From an uncultured bacterium (GTDB taxonomy: Bacteria > Patescibacteriota > JACMRA01), in contig CAWAQU010000007.1 of the NCBI GenBank assembly GCA_963784355.1, positions 64,001 to 128,000 of the forward strand: a stretch of DNA of 64,000 nt, read 5' to 3'. The translations under genes and the position numbers were made by a program. The first letter of the stretch is position 1, and every line of letters begins with the position of its first letter. A model generated the notes under the pieces. That model did no database searches and had not been told where the DNA came from. It was given only the letters and a program-made list of their open reading frames with translations. Positions 19,223 to 29,251 of the stretch are shown in pieces.

Positions 19223-20320
19223 ATGAACAATAAAACAGTATATGTAATGATGTCGGGAGGGGTGGATTCATCGGTTGCGTCAGCTTGCTTAAAAGAACAG
19301 GGGTATAATCTAGTGGGCGTATTTATGAAATGCTGGTCACTTGAGCAATTAGAGTCTTTGGGCGTATCTAAAGATCTGTATGGCTGTTTTTGGGAAGATG
19401 ATGTGATGGATGCTGAGCTTGTAACTAAAAAACTGGGTATTCCTTTTGAAGTTTGGAATTTTGAAGGTGAATATAGACAAAAAGTTGTAGAATATATGCT
19501 CCATGAGTATAAAATAGGCCGCACTCCTAATCCTGATGTGATGTGCAACTCTATGATTAAATTCGGCATCTTTTATGAAAAAGCTATGGCTAGAGGGGCT
19601 GATTTTGTCGCTACGGGACATTATGCCAGAATTGCAGAAAAATACGAAAATTATGGACCTGTAATTGCTAGAGGTAAAGATGAAAACAAAGACCAGAGCT
19701 ATTTTTTATGGGGTATTAAAAAAGAACAGCTAGCCCATATTCTGTTTCCCATTGGTGAATTTGAAACCAAGCAAGAAGTCAGAAAAAAAGCTGAAGAACT
19801 AGATTTAATTACAGCCAAAAAACCCGATTCTCAGGGCTTATGCTTCGTAGGTAAAACACCTCTAAGAGAGCTATTGATGCAGACTTTGGGTAAAAAAGAA
19901 GGTCAAATAATGGATGTAAGTGGAAAAAAACTTGGTGTGCACGAAGGCGCTTACTTATATACAATAGGTCAGAGAGAAAAATTGGGTTTATCCGGTGGGC
20001 CTTGGTTTGTTATAAAAATTGATGTGGAGCAAAATCAGGTAATTGTGGCACATTCTAGCAATCAAACAGAAATGTATAAAAAAAGCTGCGAGGTGATAAA
20101 TTTAAATTGGCAAGTTGATGAGCAGGTTTTGTATAAGTTAAATTACGCTTTTCAGTCCCAAGTCAGATATAGACAGCAGCCTGTAGATTGCACGTTTCAG
20201 CTAAAACAAGATAGTAATTTGGTAACATTTAGTGAGGATGTAAGGGCAGTGGCTCAAGGGCAAAGTATTGTGTTTTATGATGGTGACGTGATGTTAGGAG
20301 GTGGAATTATCAATCTCTAG
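19223..20320 (+). CDS. mnmA: tRNA 2-thiouridine synthase
   Basis: MSGGVDSS, TPNPDVMCN, ATGHY, KDQSYFL, DSQGLCF, YTIGQR. Confidence 0.96.
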   Translation: MNNKTVYVMMSGGVDSSVASACLKEQGYNLVGVFMKCWSLEQLESLGVSKDLYGCFWEDDVMDAELVTKKLGIPFEVWNFEGEYRQKVVEYMLHEYKIGRTPNPDVMCNSMIKFGIFYEKAMARGADFVATGHYARIAEKYENYGPVIARGKDENKDQSYFLWGIKKEQLAHILFPIGEFETKQEVRKKAEELDLITAKKPDSQGLCFVGKTPLRELLMQTLGKKEGQIMDVSGKKLGVHEGAYLYTIGQREKLGLSGGPWFVIKIDVEQNQVIVAHSSNQTEMYKKSCEVINLNWQVDEQVLYKLNYAFQSQVRYRQQPVDCTFQLKQDSNLVTFSEDVRAVAQGQSIVFYDGDVMLGGGIINL

Positions 20321-20326
20321 ATACCG

Positions 20327-21058
20327 TTAAATACCAGATAAGATATTAGATAAAAAAGATTTTCTTAAGTACTGATTATTTAGATCCCTTAGTATTGCTT
20401 GCCTATGAAGCATAGTTCCGTAACCCTTATTTACTTCCCATTTAAATTCCGGATAAGTTTTGCCGATTAAAGTCATAAAATCATCTCTTTGTACTTTGGC
20501 CAGATTACTAGCTAATGCAATTGAAAGGTACTTATCATCAGCTTTATTTTCTCTAATTACATTAATCTTACTTTTATTGTCTTTAAAAACATCATCTAAA
20601 AACATACTTGTATCGGGTAGGTAATTATCCGGTAAACTGTTCTCAAAAGCTAATTTATTTACCAACCCAGAGTTGAGATGATCGAGTAATTTAATTTTTC
20701 CGTCTATAATGACCTGGTATTCACAATTTCGGATGCTAGCTAAAACATTTATCAAAATTACAACCAAATGACTCAAACACACTCCAATGCCGTAGGTATC
20801 AATTAAATCATTAGAAGCCGAAACAACTAGCGATTGGATGTTATAATTTTTTATCAACGCAGCAGCTTTTTCGCGATCCTTTGACTTCAATTTTTTGCTA
20901 TCTCGAACAAAAGTAAAGTCTGAAAAATCTGTGTAAGTTTCTATATTGAAATGTTTGGTAAGTAATGGGTAATTTCCAGGTAAAAGAACCCCGCCAAGAT
21001 GTACAGGTCCGGCTAAAGCACCTCTACCTACCTCATCTATTCCTAAAATATACTTCAT
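20327..21058 (-). CDS. rnhB: Ribonuclease HII
   Basis: GIDEVGRGALAGP, DSKKL, IDG, KAD, LAKVQRD, NKGYGT. Confidence 0.92.
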   Translation of the reverse strand: MKYILGIDEVGRGALAGPVHLGGVLLPGNYPLLTKHFNIETYTDFSDFTFVRDSKKLKSKDREKAAALIKNYNIQSLVVSASNDLIDTYGIGVCLSHLVVILINVLASIRNCEYQVIIDGKIKLLDHLNSGLVNKLAFENSLPDNYLPDTSMFLDDVFKDNKSKINVIRENKADDKYLSIALASNLAKVQRDDFMTLIGKTYPEFKWEVNKGYGTMLHRQAILRDLNNQYLRKSFLSNILSGI

Positions 21059-21085
21059 TATATAATAAATTAGGAATTATGTGAT

Positions 21086-21910
21086 CTAACTAACTTTAAC
21101 TAAAAAGCCGCTAGGCAAACCTACTCCTGATTCAGCCTTTTGAATAATTTCGCCTACAGTTACAGTTCTATTTGAAAAAATTTGTTTTACTAAAATATCT
21201 AAAATTGCCGGAGTGAATCTTGGTGAGTGGAGAGTTACTACCATTTTACCGTTATCTTCAAGCAATTCTTTACATGAATGTAATAATTTAACCAAATCAT
21301 CTTCAATTTTAAAAATTTCACCTTTAGTACCACGCCCATAACTAGGTGCGTCCATAATGATTGCTGAGTATTTGGCATCTCTTCTCATTTCTCTTGCAAT
21401 AAATTTATATGCATCTTCCAAAATTAACCTCTGATTGTCTCTTGGTAAATTGTTAAGTTGCATGTTGTAGGTATAGGTGTCCATGGCATTTTTAGATGAA
21501 TCTACAGCTGTGACTTGAAAGCCGGATTTGATTAAATTCATCGCATTTGATCCTGAATAGCTAAATAAATCCAGTACTTTACCATTTTTATCAAAACTAT
21601 TTACTAGCTCAGGTGCGTAGCTCCAATGCTCAGTAAAGACTCCTACATTACCAAATTCATTGGGCTCCACTTTCCATTTTAAACCACTCTCTGAATAAAT
21701 TTCCCAGTGGGCAGGTAGTTTTTCAGAAGATAATCTGTTCCAAACCCCTTTTTCACTACTATCGCGTACAAATTCAACATCACTGTTTTCCCATAATTCT
21801 TTGTTGAAAGGCTCCCATAAAGCTTGGGGACATGGACGAATTAATTTGTATTTGCCAAACAATTCAACTTTTTTCTGATTGCCACAATCAAGCAGCTCGT
21901 ATTTATGCAT
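21086..21910 (-). CDS. Class I SAM-dependent methyltransferase (RlmI/K-like)
   Basis: YELLDCG..K.E.FG, GVFTEH, VLDLFSYSG, MDAPSYGRG. Confidence 0.85.
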   Translation of the reverse strand: MHKYELLDCGNQKKVELFGKYKLIRPCPQALWEPFNKELWENSDVEFVRDSSEKGVWNRLSSEKLPAHWEIYSESGLKWKVEPNEFGNVGVFTEHWSYAPELVNSFDKNGKVLDLFSYSGSNAMNLIKSGFQVTAVDSSKNAMDTYTYNMQLNNLPRDNQRLILEDAYKFIAREMRRDAKYSAIIMDAPSYGRGTKGEIFKIEDDLVKLLHSCKELLEDNGKMVVTLHSPRFTPAILDILVKQIFSNRTVTVGEIIQKAESGVGLPSGFLVKVS

Positions 21911-21984
21911 ATGACCTAATTATGCTGTATTTTAAGTTAATGTCAAATTTGACAAAGTCTGATTCTAAAGTCAAAATTTATGCT

Positions 21985-23127
21985 ATGTTCGGCAAAGCCA
22001 TTGTGACTACAATTGTACTAGCAATTCTCGGAGCTATAGGATTTTTAGGATTCACTACCTATAGTTACTACTTTATGGCCCCAACTGACTCTCCTAAAGG
22101 CCAGTATGTCTTTAAAGTAAATTCTGGTGACAATTTGTCAGTTGTATCGAAAAAGCTTGAGCAAGATAAAGTTATTCCAAGTACTGAAGCTTTAGTTTTG
22201 CAAACAAAATTAAATACATTGACACCTCTGCAAGCAGGTGAGTATAAACTAAATCTACCTGCAACACCTGAGGTTGTGCTGAGCCAATTAAATCAGGAAT
22301 CAATTAGAATTTCACAATTAAAAAAAGTGGAAACGGTTCAAATTACTTTTAAAGAAGGTGAAACTGTTGATAAAATGATTGAGAGAATTAACAATGCCGG
22401 TGTAGCTGAAACCAAATTATTGCAAGATTTTGCAAGAAACCCTGATTCATTTAACAAACAAACATATCCTTTTTTACCAAAACCCTTGAATTGCACCTAT
22501 GGTGATTTAAAAAACTGCGCAAAATACTATATTGAAGGATATTTATATCCCGATACATATGAATTTACAAAGCCTGCGACACCTGAAAAAGTTTTTGAAA
22601 CTATGTTGACCAATTTCAAGAATAAGGTTTGGACAAAGCTAAATATTGATGCTACCAAAGTTGATTTTGATAAAGCAATTATCATGGGTTCAGTGCTAGA
22701 AAAGGAAACTGGTAGAACAAAAGGTGTGACTGATGATAATAAAGCTGAGTTATCTCAAGAGAGAAAAATAATGGCAGGAGTTTTTTATAATAGGCTGAAA
22801 GCAGGGATGAAATGGGGATCTGATGTTACGGCAGAGTATGGAACTGGTAGAAAATTATGTCAGCAGACTTTTGCAGTAGAAAATTGTATGAAACTAGACT
22901 CCCCCCTGGTTAATACCAAGTACAACACTTATCTAATTACCGGGTACCCGATTGGCCCCATCTCTAGTCCTCAGTTTGATAATATCTATGCAGTTATAAA
23001 TCCTGATGTTAATAACTATTTGTATTTTGTAAGCGATACAACAGGAAAAAACTATTTTAGTAAAACCGGAGCTGAACATAGTAAAACAATCCAAGAAGTA
23101 GGCAAAATCAATAAAGACTTGGGTTAA
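21985..23127 (+). CDS. mltG: Endolytic transglycosylase MltG (YceG family)
   Basis: N-terminal TM, EGYLYPDTY, SVLEKE, YNTY..GYPIGPISSP, YLYFV; start moved to ATG 21985 to avoid overlap with the divergent gene. Confidence 0.9.
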   Translation: MFGKAIVTTIVLAILGAIGFLGFTTYSYYFMAPTDSPKGQYVFKVNSGDNLSVVSKKLEQDKVIPSTEALVLQTKLNTLTPLQAGEYKLNLPATPEVVLSQLNQESIRISQLKKVETVQITFKEGETVDKMIERINNAGVAETKLLQDFARNPDSFNKQTYPFLPKPLNCTYGDLKNCAKYYIEGYLYPDTYEFTKPATPEKVFETMLTNFKNKVWTKLNIDATKVDFDKAIIMGSVLEKETGRTKGVTDDNKAELSQERKIMAGVFYNRLKAGMKWGSDVTAEYGTGRKLCQQTFAVENCMKLDSPLVNTKYNTYLITGYPIGPISSPQFDNIYAVINPDVNNYLYFVSDTTGKNYFSKTGAEHSKTIQEVGKINKDLG

Positions 23128-23178
23128 ACTTGACAATTTTTCTATTTAATTTGATTATATATAGGATTAGTTTCATTT

Positions 23179-23742
23179 ATGGAATTCACGGGAATAATAA
23201 TATTAGTATTAATAGCAGTTATTGTATTTGTAGGCATTTCTGCTTACAATAAGCTTATTGATCTAAAAAATAAAGTAAGGGAAGCTGCTAGTGATATTGA
23301 TGTCCAACTCAAGAGAAGGTATGATTTAATACCTAATTTGGTAGAAACTGTAAAAGGTGCTAAAGCTTTCGAACAAGAAACTCTTGAAAAAGTAATCCAA
23401 GCTAGGCAGCAAGCAGTCAATTTAACAGGACTTGGTGATGCTAAAGCTGCTGCTGAAACTGCTCTTTCCGGGGCTTTAAGACAACTTTTTGCAGTTGCTG
23501 AGAGCTACCCTGATTTGAAGAGCAATCAAAACTTTTTACAATTGCAAGAAGAGTTGACCAACACAGAAGATAGAATACTAGCAAGTAGAAGGTTTTATAA
23601 TCAAGTAGTAAGTGATTATAATACAGCTCAAGATCAATTTCCTACAGTTTTATTTAAAGGTATGGCAGGTGCTAAACCTGAAGCCTTTTTTGAGCTTGAA
23701 AATCCAACTGAAGAAAGAAAAAATGTTAAAATACAGTTTTAA
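23179..23742 (+). CDS. lemA: LemA family protein
   Basis: [42 protein letters not shown]. Confidence 0.95.
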   Translation: MEFTGIIILVLIAVIVFVGISAYNKLIDLKNKVREAASDIDVQLKRRYDLIPNLVETVKGAKAFEQETLEKVIQARQQAVNLTGLGDAKAAAETALSGALRQLFAVAESYPDLKSNQNFLQLQEELTNTEDRILASRRFYNQVVSDYNTAQDQFPTVLFKGMAGAKPEAFFELENPTEERKNVKIQF

Positions 23743-23744
23743 TT

Positions 23745-24020
23745 ATGTCTAAACACACAAATGCAAAGAAGCCAACAGTGGTTCAAAAACACCAAATACA
23801 CAACGAAGACACAGGATCCCCTGAAGTCCAGATTGCTATTTTGACTGAGGAGATTTATAATTTGACCGACCATTTAAAAATTAATCCTAAGGATTTTTCT
23901 TCTCGAAGAGGTTTGTTAAAAAAAGTTGGTAGAAGAAGATCGTTACTTAGATATTTATCAACTGTAAGTCAAGCAAGGTACAAAAAGACTTTGGTTGTAA
24001 ACAATCTAAAATCACTTTAA
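23745..24020 (+). CDS. rpsO: 30S ribosomal protein S15
   Basis: [39 protein letters not shown]. Confidence 0.97.
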   Translation: MSKHTNAKKPTVVQKHQIHNEDTGSPEVQIAILTEEIYNLTDHLKINPKDFSSRRGLLKKVGRRRSLLRYLSTVSQARYKKTLVVNNLKSL

Positions 24021-24055
24021 TATTTATTCAATTAATTGTTAATTTTGATTTAACA

Positions 24056-24077
24056 GGCGGCCTAGGCCGTTTTTTTG
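24056..24077 (+). terminator. Intrinsic terminator after lemA-rpsO
   Basis: GGCGGCCTAGGCCGTT hairpin followed by a T run. Confidence 0.7.
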
Positions 24078-24127
24078 TTGACAATTTGTAATTTAAAAGG
24101 CTTTAATATTGATATTAAACAAAATTT

Positions 24128-24631
24128 ATGGAAAATAATAGACCACAAAAAAGTAGTAAAAGATCTGGTTTAAAAAGAATTTTACTTTTAATTATTTCTC
24201 TCATTATATTATTTGCTTTAATTGTAGGAGGGATATTTCTTTTTAACTATTTCAAAAATAGACAGGGAAGTACTAACCAAGCTTCTCAATCCGAACAAAA
24301 AGCTAAACAAGGGCAGATTGATCTCGCTGCACTTAACGATTCCGGACAAAAAGGAACGATACAAATTACTTCTCAACAAAATCAAACTTTAGTGGAAATA
24401 AATATAACTGAGAAACAAGCAAACTTACCTCAGCCTGCCCATATCCACAAAGGCGATTGTAAAAATCCAGGTGAAATTGTTTATCCATTAAATGAAGTCA
24501 TAAATGGTAAATCTACAACGGTACTCAATGTTTCTTTAGATAAGCTAAATGAGCAAAAACCATTAGTGGTGAATGTTCACAAATCAAATACTGAATTGGA
24601 AAACTATACGGCTTGTAGTGAGGTTAAATAA
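24128..24631 (+). CDS. Membrane-anchored protein with CHRD/SOD-like His motifs
   Basis: TM helix, QPAHIHKGDC, VNVHKS, C-terminal ACS. Confidence 0.6.
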   Translation: MENNRPQKSSKRSGLKRILLLIISLIILFALIVGGIFLFNYFKNRQGSTNQASQSEQKAKQGQIDLAALNDSGQKGTIQITSQQNQTLVEINITEKQANLPQPAHIHKGDCKNPGEIVYPLNEVINGKSTTVLNVSLDKLNEQKPLVVNVHKSNTELENYTACSEVK

Positions 24632-24730
24632 ATTTTAATTCAATGCTGATTTAGCAGTTTGTTGTTTACAGTCATCACGATTTTTGTAGCCTTAATAGGA
24701 CAAATCCTATATTTGCTAGTTTAAGAATAC

Positions 24731-26482
24731 TTACTCAAAATCAAATAACTCACTTGTGTGATCATCCCAATTTTTATCGGATTTAGGCATGGGGATAGGT
24801 CCTTTAAACACATTGACTTTGGAACTATCCATATTTTCCGGTAATTCATTATATACCTCGTAGAAAATTCCTGCTTTCTTTGATTCTTTTTTTTCTTCTA
24901 AGGGTTCTTGTTCAACAGGTTTCTGCTGGGGTGTAAATATTGGCTTTTTTTCCGGTAGAGTAACCTTTGGTTTGTTGTTTGTAGCTCTTAAGCTTATTTT
25001 TAATTCCAAATCAGGGCTTCTGAGCCCAATTGCAAGTTTGTTTTTTACCCAATTATTTAATTTAGGTGAGTTAAGCTGTGCTAAAAATATAGAATTTGAA
25101 ACACTTAGCTCAATATTGTCTCCTTCGTTTTTTTCTACGCTAATATCGTTTACTATCATTTTTAAAATAGGGGGTGCATCTTGAAATTGAGTCAGTTTTT
25201 GGATTACTTCTTCAATCCCTGCTGAGCCAGTTGTATTATTGGATGTCTCATCTATTGCCTTGCTTGACGCTACTTTTCCAATTTCTGTTTCATCTTGAGT
25301 AGCTTTTTGCGGTGTATTATTTTCTACCTCTTCAGCAATTAAAGAACTCTGTGTAGGCGGGTTACTATAGACGTTTTTTGTTTCTCCCAATGAAGAATTT
25401 TGTGTTACAACAGTTGATCCTACTTCGGACTTTTTTTCATAAGTACTTAGGCTATCAGACTTTTTGAGTTCAAGGACTTGCTCACTATTACTAGTTTTGG
25501 GTAATTGTTTGATTTGATTGTTCGAATAAGGCTGAGCTTCAAAATTTCTGAATTTAACTTGTAATAAAGCAACCGAAGAAATGATGCTTGAGATTGGTAA
25601 TTTTAAATCAAGAACCTCTGCGGTGGGTAAGATTAATGAATCAAATACAGTTCTACCTGCAAAACTTTCATCTAAAAGATATTCCAAAAATTGTCCTAAA
25701 AATGTTTCTCCGTCAATGCCTACTGCATTTAGTTTTTGAACTAAGTCTGAAGTAATATTTTGCTCTAGGAGTTGATTTGCTAAATTTTGAAGTAATTCGT
25801 CAGGTAAAAGACCAAGTAATTGTGTGGTTTCTTGAATTGTATAACTATCCAGTTCATAGCTGGCAACAGTTTCTAGTAGATTTGTAGCATCTCTTAAACT
25901 ACCGCTGCTTCTTTTGGCAATTAATTTTAATGAACCATCATCAATATTTACATTTTCTTTTTCAGAGATATTTTTTAGTTTTTTTACTACGTCTTCTATA
26001 GTGTGGCTGCTCAAATTTAACTTGGTAAGCCTGGAAAGTACAGTAGGGATAAGCTTTTCAGGGTTGGTAGTGGCAAGTAAAAATACCAAGTATTCAGGCG
26101 GTTCTTCCAAAATTTTAAGAAGAGCATTCATGGCAGGCTTGGACAGCATGTGCACCTCGTCAATTATATAAATTTTGTATTTTCCTGAAATTGGCGGAGT
26201 TTTGGCTGATTCAATCAGTTGTCTCACATCATCAATACCTGTGTTGGAAGCTGCATCCATTTCGATAAGATCAATTTTGGCCTCAGGATTAGTAGATATA
26301 TCATTTAAATTGTTAGCAAAAATTCTAGCTAAGGTAGTTTTACCCACGCCTTTTGAACCATAAAATAAATAAGCTTGTTTAATTCTATTCTTCTTGAGGG
26401 CATTTTGAAGTACTGATTTTACCAATTCCTGTCCTATTACTTCTGAAAATTCTTGAGGTCTATATTTATTATACCAAGCCAT
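24731..26482 (-). CDS. dnaX: DNA polymerase III subunit gamma/tau
   Basis: YRPQEF, GSKGVGKTT, EMDAAS, IIDEVHML, NALLKILEEPP. Confidence 0.95.
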   Translation of the reverse strand: MAWYNKYRPQEFSEVIGQELVKSVLQNALKKNRIKQAYLFYGSKGVGKTTLARIFANNLNDISTNPEAKIDLIEMDAASNTGIDDVRQLIESAKTPPISGKYKIYIIDEVHMLSKPAMNALLKILEEPPEYLVFLLATTNPEKLIPTVLSRLTKLNLSSHTIEDVVKKLKNISEKENVNIDDGSLKLIAKRSSGSLRDATNLLETVASYELDSYTIQETTQLLGLLPDELLQNLANQLLEQNITSDLVQKLNAVGIDGETFLGQFLEYLLDESFAGRTVFDSLILPTAEVLDLKLPISSIISSVALLQVKFRNFEAQPYSNNQIKQLPKTSNSEQVLELKKSDSLSTYEKKSEVGSTVVTQNSSLGETKNVYSNPPTQSSLIAEEVENNTPQKATQDETEIGKVASSKAIDETSNNTTGSAGIEEVIQKLTQFQDAPPILKMIVNDISVEKNEGDNIELSVSNSIFLAQLNSPKLNNWVKNKLAIGLRSPDLELKISLRATNNKPKVTLPEKKPIFTPQQKPVEQEPLEEKKESKKAGIFYEVYNELPENMDSSKVNVFKGPIPMPKSDKNWDDHTSELFDFE

Positions 26483-26641
26483 ACATTGCTTAAGTATTGA
26501 AGTATTCTTTATTTTTGGTCAACTTTTTTGAACTTAAACTAGCTATACTACTAAATTTACTTTCTTAACATGATAGGAATGAATTCAACTTTAAATTTTA
26601 ACTTTTCTATTAGATTATCTATTTTTGATTATAAATAAAAG

Positions 26642-27418
26642 TTAATTGATATTACTAAATAAGTGTTTGCATTCCGAAATTATATCCTCATAAAACTTGT
26701 TTGTGCTAAACATAAATTCAATAATCTTTTCGTCATTATAATTTGTATTAGTACTATTTTGTAAATCTGGCAGTTTAGTAGTAATATCCCAACCAGAAAG
26801 TTTGCCAGTTAAATGATTGTAACCAATATGTAATTCGGGCTCGGTGACGACATGTAACTTTAATGTATCACTAAAATGTTTTACACGTTTGCAGAGTTCT
26901 TTTTCCATTGCAATTATTATTGAAGTGTGTAAATCAGGATCTTTTTTTAACATATCACTTGTGTAGTAACTTATCGCTCCAAATGGTATAGTCGTGATTG
27001 GCTCTGCTTTAATTTGTGGTATTTCAGTTCTAATTTCAGATAATTTGCTCGAACTTCTGTTAGACTCATCAGAATTTGAATATAGTATCTCAATAATAGC
27101 ATTACAGACTTTACGGTACTCCTTTTGTTTTAATTCTTTTAAATGCTCTGCATGAACTTTACCATCTTTTTTTACTATTTCCTGATATCCTTGAATAGAC
27201 ACTGTGCTAGGATAATTTTTAATTAAATTGACTTTATATTCATCTAATTCTTCCTTAGAGTTAAATTTAGAATGTATGTTTTTTGCAGAAAGGTGAACAA
27301 AATCAATAACTTTTCTAGCTTGTTTTAACTGCGTATTATTTAATTGTTCAGCAAGTTTAGATTCACCGAAAAATTTTTCTGGTGTAGGATTATAAGTATT
27401 GATGTTCTTCATAAACAT
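26642..27418 (-). CDS. Hypothetical protein
   Basis: 258-aa ORF, no recognised motif. Confidence 0.6.
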   Translation of the reverse strand: MFMKNINTYNPTPEKFFGESKLAEQLNNTQLKQARKVIDFVHLSAKNIHSKFNSKEELDEYKVNLIKNYPSTVSIQGYQEIVKKDGKVHAEHLKELKQKEYRKVCNAIIEILYSNSDESNRSSSKLSEIRTEIPQIKAEPITTIPFGAISYYTSDMLKKDPDLHTSIIIAMEKELCKRVKHFSDTLKLHVVTEPELHIGYNHLTGKLSGWDITTKLPDLQNSTNTNYNDEKIIEFMFSTNKFYEDIISECKHLFSNIN

Positions 27419-27494
27419 ATTATACCATATAAATGCACTTTTGACAAACTTTTGAACCCTAATTAAGCACTTTTTAAACAGATGAAATAATGTT

Positions 27495-27860
27495 TTATTT
27501 TTTATTTTCCCTAAAATCCTGCTTAATTTGATAATAATTTTTAGAATTATTTTTTACCTTGTTGGCGGGATATTTTTCTTTTACTTTGTTCAACTTTTCC
27601 AAAACTATGGACTTAGGATCTAAATCCAGCATGATACACATTTCAAAACAATATATTAATACATCAGCTAATTCGGATTTTAGGTCGGTAAACTTTTCTT
27701 GATTATTTTCTAAATCCTGCCTGGTGTAGCTTTTCCACTGAAATACCTCAAGTAACTCAGCAGCTTCAATTGATATTGATTTGGCCAGACTTTCAGGTGG
27801 CAAATTGTCCCAATTTCTTTCTTTTAAGTAAATCCTTAATTCATCTAAAATTTCTTGCAT
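27495..27860 (-). CDS. MazG-like nucleotide pyrophosphohydrolase
   Basis: ERNW, LAKSISIEAAELLEVFQW, ELADVLIY, KYP; ATG 27860 preferred as start. Confidence 0.88.
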   Translation of the reverse strand: MQEILDELRIYLKERNWDNLPPESLAKSISIEAAELLEVFQWKSYTRQDLENNQEKFTDLKSELADVLIYCFEMCIMLDLDPKSIVLEKLNKVKEKYPANKVKNNSKNYYQIKQDFRENKK

Positions 27861-27936
27861 ACTATGAGAAATCAATAAAACTAATCAAAACTTATGTCAA
27901 TTTGACCAAATGCTGTAAAATTTGTTGTCTACAATT

Positions 27937-28830
27937 ATGGTAAATGTAACTTACGAAGAGTATTTGAATTTGGTAAATGAAGTAAATAGACTCAGAAACG
28001 AGGTTCATTTATTTAATGTGGAAGAAATTTCTGAAGCTGCTTTGGATGATTTGAAACACAAAATTACCGTGTTTGAGGAGGAAAATCCTGATAAAATAAG
28101 CCCGAATAGTCCAAATTATACAATTAGCGGAGGCGTGGCTAAGGGGTTTACAAAATTTGAACACAAACGCAGAATGTTGTCTTTAAATGACATTTTTGAC
28201 TTTGGAGAGCTGCAAGATTGGGAAAACAGATGGGAAAAGTTGACCGGAAAACCACAAGATTTGAATCAAGGAGTCACTTTACCTAAACTTCAAGAGGATT
28301 TGTTTAATAAAGATGATAATAGCCAAGTTAAAATCGTGGCCAGTACTGTTGAAAATGCAAAAACAGAGTTTAAAATTACCGGTCTAAAGAGTGATGAGGC
28401 AATACCACCCATTAAAAATGCAGTAAAATACATCTGTGAGCCCAAAATCGACGGTTTAGCTATCAGCTTGCACTACGAAAATGGTCAATTGAAAGCAGCG
28501 GTGACTAGGGGCGACGGTTGGGTAGGGGAGCTTGTGACTGAAAATATACGCCAGGTAAGAAATATACCTAAAATGATACCTGATAAAAGAAAAATCGAGG
28601 TACGTGGTGAAATATTTATGACGAAAAAAGATTTTGAAGAATTAAACAAAGATATACTTGCAAGTAAAAAAGTCGGTAAAATGGGAAAAAAAGGTGAAGA
28701 GGGGTTGTTTGCAAATCCAAGAAACATGTCTAGTGGTACAATTCGCCAGCTTGACTCCAGAATAGTAGGTGAAAGAAATCTAAGCTTTATTGCCTACGGA
28801 GTTTTTGTTGAGGAGGGTACTGATTTATAA
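27937..28830 (+). CDS. ligA: N-terminal fragment of NAD-dependent DNA ligase (split gene or pseudogene)
   Basis: Domain Ia, MLSLND, EPKIDG, TRGDG, EVRGE, FANPRN, FIAYG, then a stop. Confidence 0.85.
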   Translation: MVNVTYEEYLNLVNEVNRLRNEVHLFNVEEISEAALDDLKHKITVFEEENPDKISPNSPNYTISGGVAKGFTKFEHKRRMLSLNDIFDFGELQDWENRWEKLTGKPQDLNQGVTLPKLQEDLFNKDDNSQVKIVASTVENAKTEFKITGLKSDEAIPPIKNAVKYICEPKIDGLAISLHYENGQLKAAVTRGDGWVGELVTENIRQVRNIPKMIPDKRKIEVRGEIFMTKKDFEELNKDILASKKVGKMGKKGEEGLFANPRNMSSGTIRQLDSRIVGERNLSFIAYGVFVEEGTDL

Positions 28831-28910
28831 ATTTTTTGTTTGAGTATTTATTAAAAATCAAATAAAAAAAATCCCACTGAAACAAATCAATGGGAGGAGC
28901 AATTATGGTC

Positions 28911-29072
28911 TCAACTTAATATATTAAGGAGACTATAATATAAAAAGATCAGGCTTACAGTGATGTATGAAACCACACAATAGCCGATTATTACCTCTTC
29001 GTATTCGTAGATTAACACAGGAATTTTAAATAAAAAGATTCCCAGCATAAACCAAAGAAGAATAACTAGCAT
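28911..29072 (-). CDS. Putative 53-aa two-TM small protein MLVILLWFMLGIFLFK...SLLNILS
   Basis: GAGGT SD, TTGCAC-17-TATAAT promoter, terminator TCCCATTGA/TCAGTGGGA plus T run at about 28864-28895. Confidence 0.6.
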   Translation of the reverse strand: MLVILLWFMLGIFLFKIPVLIYEYEEVIIGYCVVSYITVSLIFLYYSLLNILS

Positions 29073-29251
29073 GTAATTACCTCATTTTAACTCCAATGTT
29101 TATTATAGCACAAAATTTGCATATGTGCAATATATTATTTCGAGCTCGCTAGGACTTCGTAAATCAACTTTTTAACCGTGAGCCTAATCATAGTTAATTT
29201 ATTAAATCTCTTATAAATCCCTGTATAAAATGAATAATTACTGCAGCTAAT

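Noticed and set aside
21832-21984. Extended mltG N-terminus given by the ORF track
   Set aside because: It overlaps the divergent methyltransferase gene and the shared promoter; ATG 21985 fits better.
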